A stretch of 63,688 nt of DNA, the filler included, from an uncultured Chlamydiae bacterium (GTDB lineage Bacteria; Chlamydiota; Chlamydiia; Chlamydiales; SM23-39): assembly GCA_937899275.1 (NCBI GenBank). It is 4 parts of 4 records of this genome, joined end to end, with 100 filler letters (N's around TTAATTAATTAA, not from the genome) between each part and the next. Parts side by side here need not be neighbours in the genome. Positions count along the whole stretch, not along the records: positions 30,438 to 60,252 come from CALBPE010000037.1; 3 more parts are not named here. One strand, given 5' to 3'. The notes under the pieces are model-generated. The model did no database searches. It worked only from the letters and a program-made list of their open reading frames with translations, and was not told where the DNA came from. The position numbers and the translations under genes are program-made. Positions within the stretch are counted from its first letter, which is position 1; every line of letters begins with the position of its first letter. Positions 31,310-41,698 of this stretch are shown piece after piece.

Positions 31310-32599
31310 ATGCCATTTGCGATCACCATGCCAAAATTATCTCCTACTATGGAAGAAGGAACCATTGCCAAATGGCATGTGCTAGAAGGAGATTTAGTTA
31401 AATCGGGTCAGGTGTTAATTGAAGTTGCTACGGATAAAGCCAATTTAGAGTACCAAGCGCTAGATGGAGGGTATATCCGCAAAATTTTGGTCGAAGAAAA
31501 TCAGAGCGCCAAAGTAAACGATCCTATCGCTATTATAGCAGAAACGCTAGACGAGAGTATCGAGAATATTTTGTTAGACCAAAAGGTCTCTACACCTGTA
31601 GAGCCTGAGCCTGTTGCACAGTCTGAAGAGCTGCCTACTGAAAAACCTACTGCACCTGCTAGCGCCTCGTATCCAGCTCCTCAATTCACCCCAGAGCCCC
31701 CTTTACAGCGTTACCAATTCCCCACATGGAAAGAAGAAACATCTTATGTAAAAGCGTCTCCCTTAGCAAAAAAAATGGCTCAAGAAGAAGGGTTAGATCT
31801 TTATTCTGTACAAGGGACAGGACCGGGTGGAACAGTTGTTGCTAAAGACCTGAGCTTTGCGCAGAAAAATGCGCTGCATTCTTTTGCAAAAAAAGCTGCG
31901 CCTACAACAACACCAGGTAGCTACAAGGAAGTTGCCCCTACTTCCATGCGAAAAGTCATCGGCAAAAGATTGCAAGAGTCAAAATCTTTTATTCCCCATT
32001 TCTATATCCATCAAGATGTAAACGTCTCTTCTTTAGTAGCGATAAGAAAAGAGCTCAAAGACATGGATGTCAAACTCACCGTCAATGACTTTGTTGTAAG
32101 AGCGGCCGCTCTTTCTTTGAAGCAGCATCCAGTGGTCAATAGCGGCTACAATTCTGTAGAACAGAAAATCATCTATTTTCAGACGGTAGATATCTCGGTT
32201 GCTGTCACTTTACCCGAGGGGCTTATTACTCCTATTATCCGTCACGCCGATTACAAAACTATTGGACAGCTTTCATTGGAAATGAAGCAGCTAGCTCAAA
32301 AAGCCAAACAAGGTAAGCTACAACCTGAAGAATACCAAGGCGGCTCTTTTACCATATCGAATTTAGGGATGTTTGGTGTGTCAGATTTTGTGGCGGTGAT
32401 TAACCCTCCACAAAGCGCTATTTTAGCGGTTTCAGGAATTGAAGAAAGACCCGTTGTAAAAAACGGAAAAATCTGGCCGGCTCATATGATGCGCCTGAGC
32501 TTATCTGCAGATCACCGCGTTGTCGATGGTATGGACGGGGCAAAGTTCATTAAAACGGTGCAAAAATTTTTGGAAAATCCCTCCGTTCTTCTATTGTAA
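31310..32599 (+). CDS. pdhC: Pyruvate dehydrogenase E2, dihydrolipoamide acetyltransferase
   Basis: Lipoyl domain (TDKA), E3-binding ASPLAKK, catalytic DHRVVDG. Confidence 0.96.
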   Translation: MPFAITMPKLSPTMEEGTIAKWHVLEGDLVKSGQVLIEVATDKANLEYQALDGGYIRKILVEENQSAKVNDPIAIIAETLDESIENILLDQKVSTPVEPEPVAQSEELPTEKPTAPASASYPAPQFTPEPPLQRYQFPTWKEETSYVKASPLAKKMAQEEGLDLYSVQGTGPGGTVVAKDLSFAQKNALHSFAKKAAPTTTPGSYKEVAPTSMRKVIGKRLQESKSFIPHFYIHQDVNVSSLVAIRKELKDMDVKLTVNDFVVRAAALSLKQHPVVNSGYNSVEQKIIYFQTVDISVAVTLPEGLITPIIRHADYKTIGQLSLEMKQLAQKAKQGKLQPEEYQGGSFTISNLGMFGVSDFVAVINPPQSAILAVSGIEERPVVKNGKIWPAHMMRLSLSADHRVVDGMDGAKFIKTVQKFLENPSVLLL

Positions 32600-32676
32600 G
32601 TATCTTTTTTAATCAAAAGATAGGAATAAATCCCCATTTTGCCTAGTCTTCTTTTCGTAAAAAATCGAGGTGGATT

Positions 32677-33825
32677 ATGCGCACTTTTTTTCTATTTTTC
32701 TTTTGTTCCATGGTGGTTAGCGGTGTATTTGGAGATCGATTTTCCAAGTATGCTATCTATCAAAACCGCTATACGGAACAAGAGTTGGCGCAAAAAATTG
32801 CTAAATATCTAGAAAAAGATCCCGGTATTCGTCGTTTTTACCGGTTGACTCCTAGCGCGCTTTACCTAGGCGAATGGGAAAAAGGAGAAGTGGATTATGT
32901 ACTCTATCTTAGAGACATAGCTACCGGCTCTCACTGTAAAAAACCTCGTAGAGAAAGCCTACAAGGTGTGAAAATAGCATTAGATCCAGGGCATTTTGGA
33001 GGGAAATACGCAAAAATTGAAGAGCGTTTTGTAGATATTTCTGGAGAAGAGACCCTAGATGGTCAAGCGATCTTTTTTTGCGAAGGGGATATAAGTTATC
33101 TTACAGCGGTTTTTTTAAAAGAGCTTTTAGAAAAAGCAGGTGCAGAGGTGTTCATCACTAGACAGTCTTTGGGTGAAGGAGCATTTGATGAAGACTTTTT
33201 TTCTTGGTTAGAAAAACAGCCCGATTTACAGCATCTGCCTCTTTCTACTGCATTTCGCGCTCATTATAATCCTTTAGATCTTATGCGAAGAGCAGAAGCA
33301 ATCAATGCATTTTCTCCCGATATAACAGTTGCTCTTCACTATAACGTAGATATTGACCATCAAGAACAAGAATACGGTAAGTTTTTCACCCATTGGAACT
33401 ATAGCCTAGCGTTTATTCCAGGGGCATTTCAAGAGCGCGATCTAGAATCTATAGAACATAGAGAAGCATTTTTACGTCTTCTTGTGACAGATGATCTAGC
33501 CAATTCTTGCAAGCTTACCCGCTCTATATTGCGCTTTTTTGAAGAGGTATTGCAGGTACCTTTAATGGATGAGAACTACAAACCTTTTTATGTGAAAAAC
33601 GCCTGTTTGCTACAGGAAAAAGGGATGTATTCACGTAGCTTGTTTTTAACAAGGCTCGTCCGCTCGCCGATCTGTTACGGAGAGACTTTGATACAAAACA
33701 ACCAAGAAGAAGCCTATAGACTACAAAAAACTGATACAGAAATAAAAGGCGTTTCTTGTTCAAGTCGTCTAAAGGAAGTTGCAAAGGCATATTTTCAAGG
33801 GATTCAGGCGTATTTTCTAGATTAA
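32677..33825 (+). CDS. Exported N-acetylmuramoyl-L-alanine amidase (Amidase_3-like)
   Basis: IALDPGH, EGDI, VALHYN and GETL Zn/catalytic motifs; signal peptide. Confidence 0.8.
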   Translation: MRTFFLFFFCSMVVSGVFGDRFSKYAIYQNRYTEQELAQKIAKYLEKDPGIRRFYRLTPSALYLGEWEKGEVDYVLYLRDIATGSHCKKPRRESLQGVKIALDPGHFGGKYAKIEERFVDISGEETLDGQAIFFCEGDISYLTAVFLKELLEKAGAEVFITRQSLGEGAFDEDFFSWLEKQPDLQHLPLSTAFRAHYNPLDLMRRAEAINAFSPDITVALHYNVDIDHQEQEYGKFFTHWNYSLAFIPGAFQERDLESIEHREAFLRLLVTDDLANSCKLTRSILRFFEEVLQVPLMDENYKPFYVKNACLLQEKGMYSRSLFLTRLVRSPICYGETLIQNNQEEAYRLQKTDTEIKGVSCSSRLKEVAKAYFQGIQAYFLD

Positions 33826-34742
33826 AGCCATTTTTTCTTCAGGAATAAGATCACAGAAATAAATGAGGTGATGATGATGGTATTGATCAAAATTATGAAG
33901 GCCAGAGGATTATTTTCTAGAGGTAAACGGACATTCATCCCATAGATTGAAGAGATAATTGTGGGTATCGTAAATACAATGGTAATAGCCGTTAAGCGCT
34001 TGATCGTTCTGTTGACATCATTTGTGAAAATGATCTGATAAGAATCCCTTAAGCTTCGGATGCTTTTGATATTTACGGCGCAAAGGTCTTCCGATTGTTT
34101 GATTGCGATCGTAAGATCTTGCAGAAGATCTAAATCTTTTTCATATAAATGGACAAACCTTCCGCTAGATACCGCTTCTAATAAGTTTTTCATGGGGACA
34201 AGGGATGTTAGATATTGGTTTAGGATTTCTTCGTTTTTTGTAAGATCGACAATCGATTCACTATCAATGTTTTCAATTTTTTTTTCCTGTTGCAATACTT
34301 TATGGCGTACCATTTTGATGCTAGTATTGAAGTTCTGGGTAATTTTTAACAGGATATGAAATAATAATTTAGAGCGCTCAGAGCTAGAAATACGGGAGGG
34401 CTGGTTGAGAGCTGCGTCGATTAAAGCGCTTTTTCTTGGGGAAATGGTCACGAAGTACTCTGGCGTTAGGATAATTGTCAGAGCTTCTGTATATAAACCT
34501 TGTTCTTCAGGACAAGGGTGCCTTGTAAACACCAAGATATTGCGATTTTCTTGTTCTACTCTAGGTACTTCATAGCGATCTAAACTATCTTTTAGATGGG
34601 TGTAGTCGATGTCGGTGATTTCCATGATCCTATCTAGATCATGGACAGAAACATCTGTTACATGGATCCAAACACCTGGTTTGATATCAGGTGTTGGTTT
34701 AAAAAGACCTTCTTTATGTGGTTTATAAAAGATATGGAACAT
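33822..34742 (-). CDS. corA: CorA family Mg2+ transporter
   Basis: YGMN signature with two C-terminal TM helices. Confidence 0.93.
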   Translation of the reverse strand: MFHIFYKPHKEGLFKPTPDIKPGVWIHVTDVSVHDLDRIMEITDIDYTHLKDSLDRYEVPRVEQENRNILVFTRHPCPEEQGLYTEALTIILTPEYFVTISPRKSALIDAALNQPSRISSSERSKLLFHILLKITQNFNTSIKMVRHKVLQQEKKIENIDSESIVDLTKNEEILNQYLTSLVPMKNLLEAVSSGRFVHLYEKDLDLLQDLTIAIKQSEDLCAVNIKSIRSLRDSYQIIFTNDVNRTIKRLTAITIVFTIPTIISSIYGMNVRLPLENNPLAFIILINTIIITSFISVILFLKKKWL

Positions 34743-34780
34743 GCAGAGAAATCCTTTTTCTCACTCATAGATGGTACTAA

Positions 34781-34819
34781 GAGAAAAATCAAGGAGAAAA
34801 ATCAAGGAGAAAAATCAAG
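34781..34819. repeat. 3 x 13-bp tandem repeat GAGAAAAATCAAG
   Basis: Three exact copies between lpxD and corA. Confidence 0.9.
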
Positions 34820-34825
34820 AGTATT

Positions 34826-35875
34826 TTAGGAGTTTTCTTTAATGCCAAGCGTCTCTTCTATCTTTTCAAGCCTTTTGACATACTTCGCTAAACGTTTTAC
34901 ATGTACTTTTTGCTTATTATACTCCTGAATGGGAAAGACAGGGGAGCCTCTATATACGCCTGTTTCCAATGAGCGGTTAACGCCTCCTCGAGTAGCGATT
35001 TGGGTGCCTTTAGAAATAGTTACATGCCCTACAATGCCGACTTGACCTCCCATCATGACATGCTCTTCTGTCAGAGAAGATCCGGCTATACCTGTTTGGG
35101 CAGCGATGAGATTGCGCTCACCTACTTGGACGTTGTGGGCAATTTGTACGAGGTTATCGATTTTTGATCCTCTACCGATTTTGGTGCTTTTAAAACGGGC
35201 CCGGTCAATGGTGGTATTGGCTCCAATTTCTACATCATCTTCTAAGATGACATTGCCAAGCTGTTCTAATTTTTCTGATGCGCCCTTTTCATTGACAATA
35301 TAGCCAAAGCCGCAGGAGCCGATGACAACACCTGGTTGGAGAATAACCCGGTTTTTTAAGATACACATCTCTCTTATTGTGACGTGAGGATGGATGTAGC
35401 ATTCGCATCCGATTGTTGTTTTAGCGCCTATATATACATGAGAAGAGATGGTCGATCCCTCTCCTATACTAACGCCTTTGTCGATCACTGCATAAGGTCC
35501 GATAGAAGCATTTTTTGCAACTTTTGCACTTGGGTGGATCACCGCTGTCGGATGAATCCCAGAAAACCCAGAAGGGGCTTTTTCCATGCAGAGTAATTTG
35601 ATAAGTTGTTGAAAGGTAGCGGAAGGATCTTTAGCTAAAAGAAAATTTTTTCCTTCAAATCCGCTGGAGAGTGCCTCTTTTTCATCATTGATGATCGCGG
35701 AAGCTTTTGAGCGGCGCATCATGTCTTTGTATTTAGGATTGGCAAGAAAAGAGATTTCACCCTCCTTTGCTTCTTCAAGAGAGTTGACATCGGTTACGCA
35801 AATAGAGGCAATGCCGTGGAGCTTGCAGTCAAATTTTTCTGCAAGCTCCGCTAGTGTATAACGCGTTTTTTTCAT
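34826..35875 (-). CDS. lpxD: UDP-3-O-acylglucosamine N-acyltransferase
   Basis: Hexapeptide repeats, GFGY, GANTTIDR and KIDNLVQIAHN motifs. Confidence 0.97.
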   Translation of the reverse strand: MKKTRYTLAELAEKFDCKLHGIASICVTDVNSLEEAKEGEISFLANPKYKDMMRRSKASAIINDEKEALSSGFEGKNFLLAKDPSATFQQLIKLLCMEKAPSGFSGIHPTAVIHPSAKVAKNASIGPYAVIDKGVSIGEGSTISSHVYIGAKTTIGCECYIHPHVTIREMCILKNRVILQPGVVIGSCGFGYIVNEKGASEKLEQLGNVILEDDVEIGANTTIDRARFKSTKIGRGSKIDNLVQIAHNVQVGERNLIAAQTGIAGSSLTEEHVMMGGQVGIVGHVTISKGTQIATRGGVNRSLETGVYRGSPVFPIQEYNKQKVHVKRLAKYVKRLEKIEETLGIKENS

Positions 35876-35884
35876 AGAAAACTG

Positions 35885-36595
35885 TTATTCCTCAAATTCC
35901 TCATCTTCAAAGAGTTCATCTTCCTCAGCATCTTCTTGTGTAGATAGAGCTTGGCTTTCGATGGACTCTTTTGTTGGAGTAGATTTTGCTAGCTCTTTAG
36001 CTTTTTGCTGCGCTTCTTATTCTTTTTTAGAGAGCTCTTTTGCCTGTTAGACTTCGAACTCTTGGTCGGGCTCTTTCACCACATCATCTGTAATATCTAG
36101 CTTAGGATTATGATAAAAGCAAAGCTCTTTATTAAGAACGTAGGCCAGTTGCTTTTTTTCTGCGATTTTCGCTGCAATCGAAGTGACTTTTTGGTTGATT
36201 TTCTGCATAGATTGCATTTGCGTTTGCTGCAGAATTTGGTAGTAGTGTGATTGATAACGGGCTAGATCTTGATTTAGGGATTGGTATTTTGTTTCCAGCT
36301 CTCCTTTTGCTTCGTTTGATAGGCCTTCCATGTAGTCGGTATCTTCTATCTTACCAGCGAGATCTTTTAGTTCTTTGTCGGTTTTTTCAATCATCTCTAC
36401 CATTTGCTGGCGGACGTTTTCGAAGTGGGTTTGCTCTTGTTTGCCATATTTGGATCCTTGCAAGCAGGTTGCAAAATTGACTACTGCGAGCGATCCTTGT
36501 TCTTTAGGTTCTATATTTTGAGGTTCCGTTGCAAAAGCTGTGCTCACTAGAGCAAAGGAGCCCAGCATGGTCATAAAAGGTTTACGCAAATTCAT
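35885..36595 (-). CDS. skp: Skp/OmpH chaperone; frame continues through TAA 36047 and TAA 36017 into an acidic tail
   Basis: Signal peptide, AVVNF, coiled coil, DITDDVV; located between bamA and lpxD. Confidence 0.88.
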
Positions 36596-36609
36596 AGGTT
36601 TCTCCTAGG

Positions 36610-38940
36610 TTAAAATTGTCCTGCCATGGAAAAGAAAAAGTTACTTACATCTTCTTTTTTTTCCGGGTTAATGGGGTATCCATACCCTAAAACAATAGGC
36701 GTTCTATTCATCAGTTCTAATCGCGCACCTACGCCGACACTTGTACGCAGAGTGCTGTTGATCTTGAGTTTTTTTTCGGTCGAAGATCCTGCGTCAACAA
36801 ACGCAAAGAGATCTAATAGTCGAAAGATTTCTTGATTATACTCAAAAGAGAGAAGAACGGAAGAAATTCCTCCGATAGGTTGATTATCTACAATAGGGCT
36901 GATCCGGTAAGGCTCGTATCCACGAACAGTTGTTTCACCGCCTAAAAAGAATTTTTCACTAACGGGAACCTTGTTAGCAGTATTGCCAAATGGAAGAATA
37001 AATCGGAAGTCTCCTCGCATTTTTACCGTGCCTTTAGACCAAAGAGGTAGGTAGATTGTGTTGATGGAGTTTGATTTGGCAAATTGAAAATCTCCACCGA
37101 GACCTGCAATTTCTATATCTCCTGCGGAGCGTATGCCTTTTCTTGGCTTGTAGGCTCTATCTGTTGAATTGTAGGAAATCGACTGATTGATTGCAGATAA
37201 AATACCAGAGCGGTCAATTGTGCTAGTCAGCTCTTGCTTATCTTTGTTTACATCGGTATCAGTGTAACGAAACCGGTATTTTGTTCCATAAGTCCAGTTT
37301 CTGGTTAATGGATACGATGCAAATACAGAAAAACCTGCCGTGTTTGTGTCGTATGTATCGGATGTCAGGTTGCTTGTAGTACGCACAAGTTCTATTCCAA
37401 GACGCCATAAAGAATCGTTTACGTAAGGATTCATCCAAGAAATAAGGTAGTTGGTCTGCTTTGCACCAAAGCTAATCCTAGCATGGAAGTATTCTCCGCC
37501 GCCTCGAAGGGCTTTTGGACCAGCAGAAAATAATTGGGTAATGCCGCTGATATTGAAGTTTCTTTCGGTAAGCTCTAAGCCTCCGAACACGTTATCCATA
37601 GAGCTGAAACCAGAAAAAACGCTCATATTCCCCGTTGGCATTTCTTCTACTTCGATATATACGTCGCGATAATTTTCTCCTAGATCGTTATCTGAACTTG
37701 CTACTGCATATACATTCACATTTTTAAAGTAGCCGATATTTTGCAGTTTTTCTTGTGTAGCGCGCAGTCTTCTACAGTCAAAAGTATCTCCTGGTACAAG
37801 AAGAGACTCTCGTAAAAGAACATTGGGTTTTGTCCTGGAATTTCCCAGGATCCGGATTAAACCAATGCGGAATAAAGATCCCTCGTTGATGTAAAAATGC
37901 ACGTGAAATAGCGGCTCTTTTTCTTCTAAAGAGATTTCATAGTCTACTTCTGCTTCAATATAACCTTTTTTTCCGTAAGCATCCCGAATAGCTTGGGCAG
38001 TTTCTCGGAGCTTTTCAGGTGAGTAGACATCTTTTACATGCACTTTAAATTCTTTTTCTAGCGTTTCATCAGGGATGGTGGTATTGCCTGCAAAATCGAT
38101 GGCTCCGAAGCGGTATAAAGGGCCTCTGTGGGCGCTTATTTGCACGTTGATTCTATCGGAGTGAGGCGCATCTTGTATGCCTATATCTACACGAGCATCT
38201 GCATAACCTTTATTGTGCAAATACTGCAAGATCATCATTTTATCTTGTTCTAATGCTTCTTCTCTAAGAGTTCCTGTGCCGGTAAACCAGCTAAGAAAAA
38301 AATTGTATCTTTGGGTATAGATTAATGAGGTGATGTCGCTGATTTCTGTGCTGGTAAAGCCGGTGAACTCCACTTCGTTGATTACGCCTGTTTTTCCCTC
38401 TTTTACATAGACTTCAATAGAAATGCGATTCGTGTTTTTTATCGGGAAAATTTTGTAGGATAGCTCAGATGCAAAATAGCCTTTTTTTATATAAAATTCT
38501 CTGAGGGAAGTGAATTTTTTGTTGAATTCTTGACGATCGAAAAAACTACCAGAAGATACGTCTAATTTTCCCTGCAAAGTTTTTGAGGAATACGCTGCAT
38601 TTCCGTGCCATTCTATATGATCGATCACAGGCTTAGGCCAGATAGCAAGAACAATATATAACTTTTTTCCAATTAGGGTGATTTTCGGATCGATCCTATC
38701 ATACTCATTTGCCAGTTTTTTAAGATCCTGATCAAATGCCGTTTGAGAAAACGCGCTTTTTTCCTGCGTTCTCAAGGTCTTTTTGATCGATTTTTTATCG
38801 TAGAGCACTTCAGGATCAGGCCTTTTGATATCGATACTAATCGATTCTATCACTTGGTCTTCATAGGTTTCTACCGCATAGATGCAAGAAAAAGAAAGCA
38901 TCAAAAAAAGAGAGGTTAGGGAAAAGAATTTTTTAGTCAT
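36610..38940 (-). CDS. bamA: Outer membrane protein assembly factor BamA
   Basis: POTRA domains, VRGY motif, terminal Phe. Confidence 0.96.
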   Translation of the reverse strand: MTKKFFSLTSLFLMLSFSCIYAVETYEDQVIESISIDIKRPDPEVLYDKKSIKKTLRTQEKSAFSQTAFDQDLKKLANEYDRIDPKITLIGKKLYIVLAIWPKPVIDHIEWHGNAAYSSKTLQGKLDVSSGSFFDRQEFNKKFTSLREFYIKKGYFASELSYKIFPIKNTNRISIEVYVKEGKTGVINEVEFTGFTSTEISDITSLIYTQRYNFFLSWFTGTGTLREEALEQDKMMILQYLHNKGYADARVDIGIQDAPHSDRINVQISAHRGPLYRFGAIDFAGNTTIPDETLEKEFKVHVKDVYSPEKLRETAQAIRDAYGKKGYIEAEVDYEISLEEKEPLFHVHFYINEGSLFRIGLIRILGNSRTKPNVLLRESLLVPGDTFDCRRLRATQEKLQNIGYFKNVNVYAVASSDNDLGENYRDVYIEVEEMPTGNMSVFSGFSSMDNVFGGLELTERNFNISGITQLFSAGPKALRGGGEYFHARISFGAKQTNYLISWMNPYVNDSLWRLGIELVRTTSNLTSDTYDTNTAGFSVFASYPLTRNWTYGTKYRFRYTDTDVNKDKQELTSTIDRSGILSAINQSISYNSTDRAYKPRKGIRSAGDIEIAGLGGDFQFAKSNSINTIYLPLWSKGTVKMRGDFRFILPFGNTANKVPVSEKFFLGGETTVRGYEPYRISPIVDNQPIGGISSVLLSFEYNQEIFRLLDLFAFVDAGSSTEKKLKINSTLRTSVGVGARLELMNRTPIVLGYGYPINPEKKEDVSNFFFSMAGQF

Positions 38941-39024
38941 GAGATAGTCCAGGCTACAATGCGATGATGAGTAGAATAAAAGACACTCAATGAAAGGCCT
39001 ATTTTACCTACTTGGATCATTTCG

Positions 39025-39054
39025 ATTATAGGAAAAGTGAGCAAATTAATGCAA
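39025..39054 (-). promoter_or_regulatory. Sigma66-type promoter of bamA-skp-lpxD
   Basis: TTGCAT-N18-TATAAT on the minus strand. Confidence 0.55.
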
Positions 39055-39081
39055 GGCGCTGCAGCGGAGTTTTCTGAGTAT

Positions 39082-39678
39082 TCATAAAGGCTGTCTAGAC
39101 GATAGCGCTCTTGCTAAGGTGCCTTCATCGGTGTACTCTAGGCTAGATCCGAGTGGAATGCCAAAAGCAAGTCTAGAAGTGGTTATCGAAAATCGTTCTA
39201 CAAAGTCTTTTAAATAAAGCGCTGTTGCATCACCTTCTATCGTTGTGTCTAAAGCAAAAATCACTTCTTTTACTTCCTTTTGCCTAAGCCGTCTTTCTAA
39301 AGCCTCTAACCGTAAATAGGACGGATCAATCCCGTCGATAGGGGAAAGGAGTTTATCTACTGTATGATACAGGCCTTTGAAGGACCTACTTTCCTCAATC
39401 AAAAAAATATCTCGAGGAGAAGCTACAATGCAAAGTTGGCTGCGGTCTCTTGTTTTATCGGTACAAAAAGGGCAGGTTGTTTCAATCAAAGCAGCGCAGT
39501 CCTTGCACAGTTGCAGCGATTGGGGAAGCTTTTCAATACAACGGGCAATATTTTGCGCATCTTCTTTTGCCCATCCAATAAGATGAAAGGCGAAACGCTC
39601 TGCTGTTTTTCTACCTACTGAAGGAAATTTTCGCAGGTATCGGATCAGCTCTTCTATAGGTTGAGGATATTTGAGCAT
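39082..39678 (-). CDS. recR: Recombination mediator RecR
   Basis: VGRKTAERFAF, C4 zinc finger, TOPRIM EGDATALY. Confidence 0.96.
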   Translation of the reverse strand: MLKYPQPIEELIRYLRKFPSVGRKTAERFAFHLIGWAKEDAQNIARCIEKLPQSLQLCKDCAALIETTCPFCTDKTRDRSQLCIVASPRDIFLIEESRSFKGLYHTVDKLLSPIDGIDPSYLRLEALERRLRQKEVKEVIFALDTTIEGDATALYLKDFVERFSITTSRLAFGIPLGSSLEYTDEGTLARALSSRQPL

Positions 39679-39788
39679 GGAGTTCTCCTGAGCATTTGTG
39701 AAACTACTTTATTTTTAACGCTTTTTGCACTAAGATGAAGTCTTTGCAAAACGCACGTTCCCTAACGATATTAGGATATCTTGTTCTT

Positions 39789-40787
39789 ATGAAAAAAGCA
39801 CATATTATTGCCACTAGCTCTTACGTGCCAGAAACTATACTGACTAACCAGCAGTTAGAACAGATGGTCGATACTTCAGATGAATGGATCCAAACAAGAA
39901 CAGGTATTCAAGAAAGGCGTATCGCAGGTGCAGAAGAATTTAGCTCAACTATGGGAGCAAAAGCAGCAGATATTGCACTGAAAAAAGCGGGCAAAACGGC
40001 CCAAGATATCGACTGCATTATCGTTGGCACCCTTACTCCTGATTATCTATTTCCCAGTACCGCTTGCTTAATCCAAGATCTGATTGGCGCAGGTAATATC
40101 GCAGCTTTTGATATCCAGGCCGCTTGTAGCGGTTATGTGTATGCGCTTTCTTTAGCAAAAGCTTTTATAGAATCTGCTCAGTATTCTTGCGTGCTTGTCG
40201 TTGCCTCTGAAAAGCTTTCTTCTATTGTGAATTACCAAGACCGCTCTACATGCGTTTTATTTGGAGATGGTAGCGCCGCTTGTATCGTTTCTGCAGAAAA
40301 AACCCATTTATCGATCGATAGCGTCTGTTTAGGTTCTGATGGCTCCCAGTCAGATCTTTTAATCCTGCCAGGTGGGGGGTGTAAGAATCCTACATCAGCA
40401 AAAACGGTAGAAGAAAATTTACATTATATTCAAATGCAGGGAAAAGATGTGTTTAAGCATGCGGTTTTACGTATGGAAGCCTCTTGTCAAGAATGTATTC
40501 AAAAGGCGGGTATTCAGGAAAGTGATATCAGCTGGCTGATTCCTCATCAAGCAAATATGCGCATCATCAACGCTATGGCAAAGCGCTTTACACATCTTAC
40601 GCAAGACCATATTTATAAGACGGTTCATAAGTATGGAAATACGTCCTGTTCTTCTTTAGGTATCGCTTTAGATGAGCTTCTCCAAGAAAAAGCGATCCAT
40701 CCAGAAGACAAGCTACTTTTAACGGCATTTGGAGCAGGGTTTACTTGGGGATCTTCTGTACTTACTTATAAAGGAGACGTTGCATGA
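39789..40787 (+). CDS. fabH: 3-oxoacyl-ACP synthase III
   Basis: AACSG, PHQAN and GNTS catalytic triad motifs. Confidence 0.97.
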   Translation: MKKAHIIATSSYVPETILTNQQLEQMVDTSDEWIQTRTGIQERRIAGAEEFSSTMGAKAADIALKKAGKTAQDIDCIIVGTLTPDYLFPSTACLIQDLIGAGNIAAFDIQAACSGYVYALSLAKAFIESAQYSCVLVVASEKLSSIVNYQDRSTCVLFGDGSAACIVSAEKTHLSIDSVCLGSDGSQSDLLILPGGGCKNPTSAKTVEENLHYIQMQGKDVFKHAVLRMEASCQECIQKAGIQESDISWLIPHQANMRIINAMAKRFTHLTQDHIYKTVHKYGNTSCSSLGIALDELLQEKAIHPEDKLLLTAFGAGFTWGSSVLTYKGDVA

Positions 40788-41698
40788 AACTAGCTCTACT
40801 TTTTCCTGGACAAGGTAGCCAGTATATCGGCATGGGAAGCGGTTTATCCGACAAGTCGAAGTTTCACTATGCCGATCATGTGCTAGATGAAGCGTTTTCT
40901 CAGCAGGTGTTTTCTGGAGAAGAAAACTGGCTTACAAAAACGAAGCACAGCCAGATGGCGATTTTTTTATTAAGCGCTTCTTTATATGACGCATTTAAAA
41001 AAACATGCGCTCTTCCCGTTTTTGCAGTAGCAGGTCTTAGTTTAGGGGAGTATAGCGCCCTTTACGCTGCAGGTTCTATCTCATTTGAAGATGCCTTTGC
41101 GCTTGTCCGATTACGCGCAATGCATATGGATGAAGCGTGTAGAGAAAAAGAAGGGACCATGAGCGCTGTACTTGGACTAACTAAAGAGGAAATTGAAGAG
41201 GTGATCGCTCCTTTAGATGACGCCTGGCTTGCAAATCATAATATGCCTTTGCAATCGGTTGTTTCTGGATCGAAAAAATCGCTCAGCCAGCTAACGCCTC
41301 TTTTGCTAGAAAAAGGTGCAAAAAAGGTTGTTCCCTTAGAAGTGCAAGGAGCGTTTCATTCACCTTTTATGGAGCCTGCGCAAAAAGCATTTTCTCCTCA
41401 GGTAAAAAAAGCCTCTATTTCTCCACCTAATGCTGCTTTTTATATGAACGTCTTAGGCTCTTCTGTAGCGGAAGTTGATCAGATGAAGTCTCTTCTTACC
41501 CAACAAATCACAAAGCCTGTTTTATGGTGTAAGACAATGGAAGATATCATCGAAGAAGTAGACGTATGCATCGAGCTTGGCCCAGGTAAAACCTTGAGTA
41601 AAATTGCGCGTAAAATGGGCGCAAAGCAGGTATTTTCCGTCGAAAAAGAGGAAGATTTCTTATCTATAAAAAACACGTTAGGAAACTTAGATGGATAA
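40784..41698 (+). CDS. fabD: Malonyl-CoA:ACP transacylase
   Basis: FPGQGSQ, GLSLGEY and GAFHS motifs. Confidence 0.96.
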   Translation: MKLALLFPGQGSQYIGMGSGLSDKSKFHYADHVLDEAFSQQVFSGEENWLTKTKHSQMAIFLLSASLYDAFKKTCALPVFAVAGLSLGEYSALYAAGSISFEDAFALVRLRAMHMDEACREKEGTMSAVLGLTKEEIEEVIAPLDDAWLANHNMPLQSVVSGSKKSLSQLTPLLLEKGAKKVVPLEVQGAFHSPFMEPAQKAFSPQVKKASISPPNAAFYMNVLGSSVAEVDQMKSLLTQQITKPVLWCKTMEDIIEEVDVCIELGPGKTLSKIARKMGAKQVFSVEKEEDFLSIKNTLGNLDG

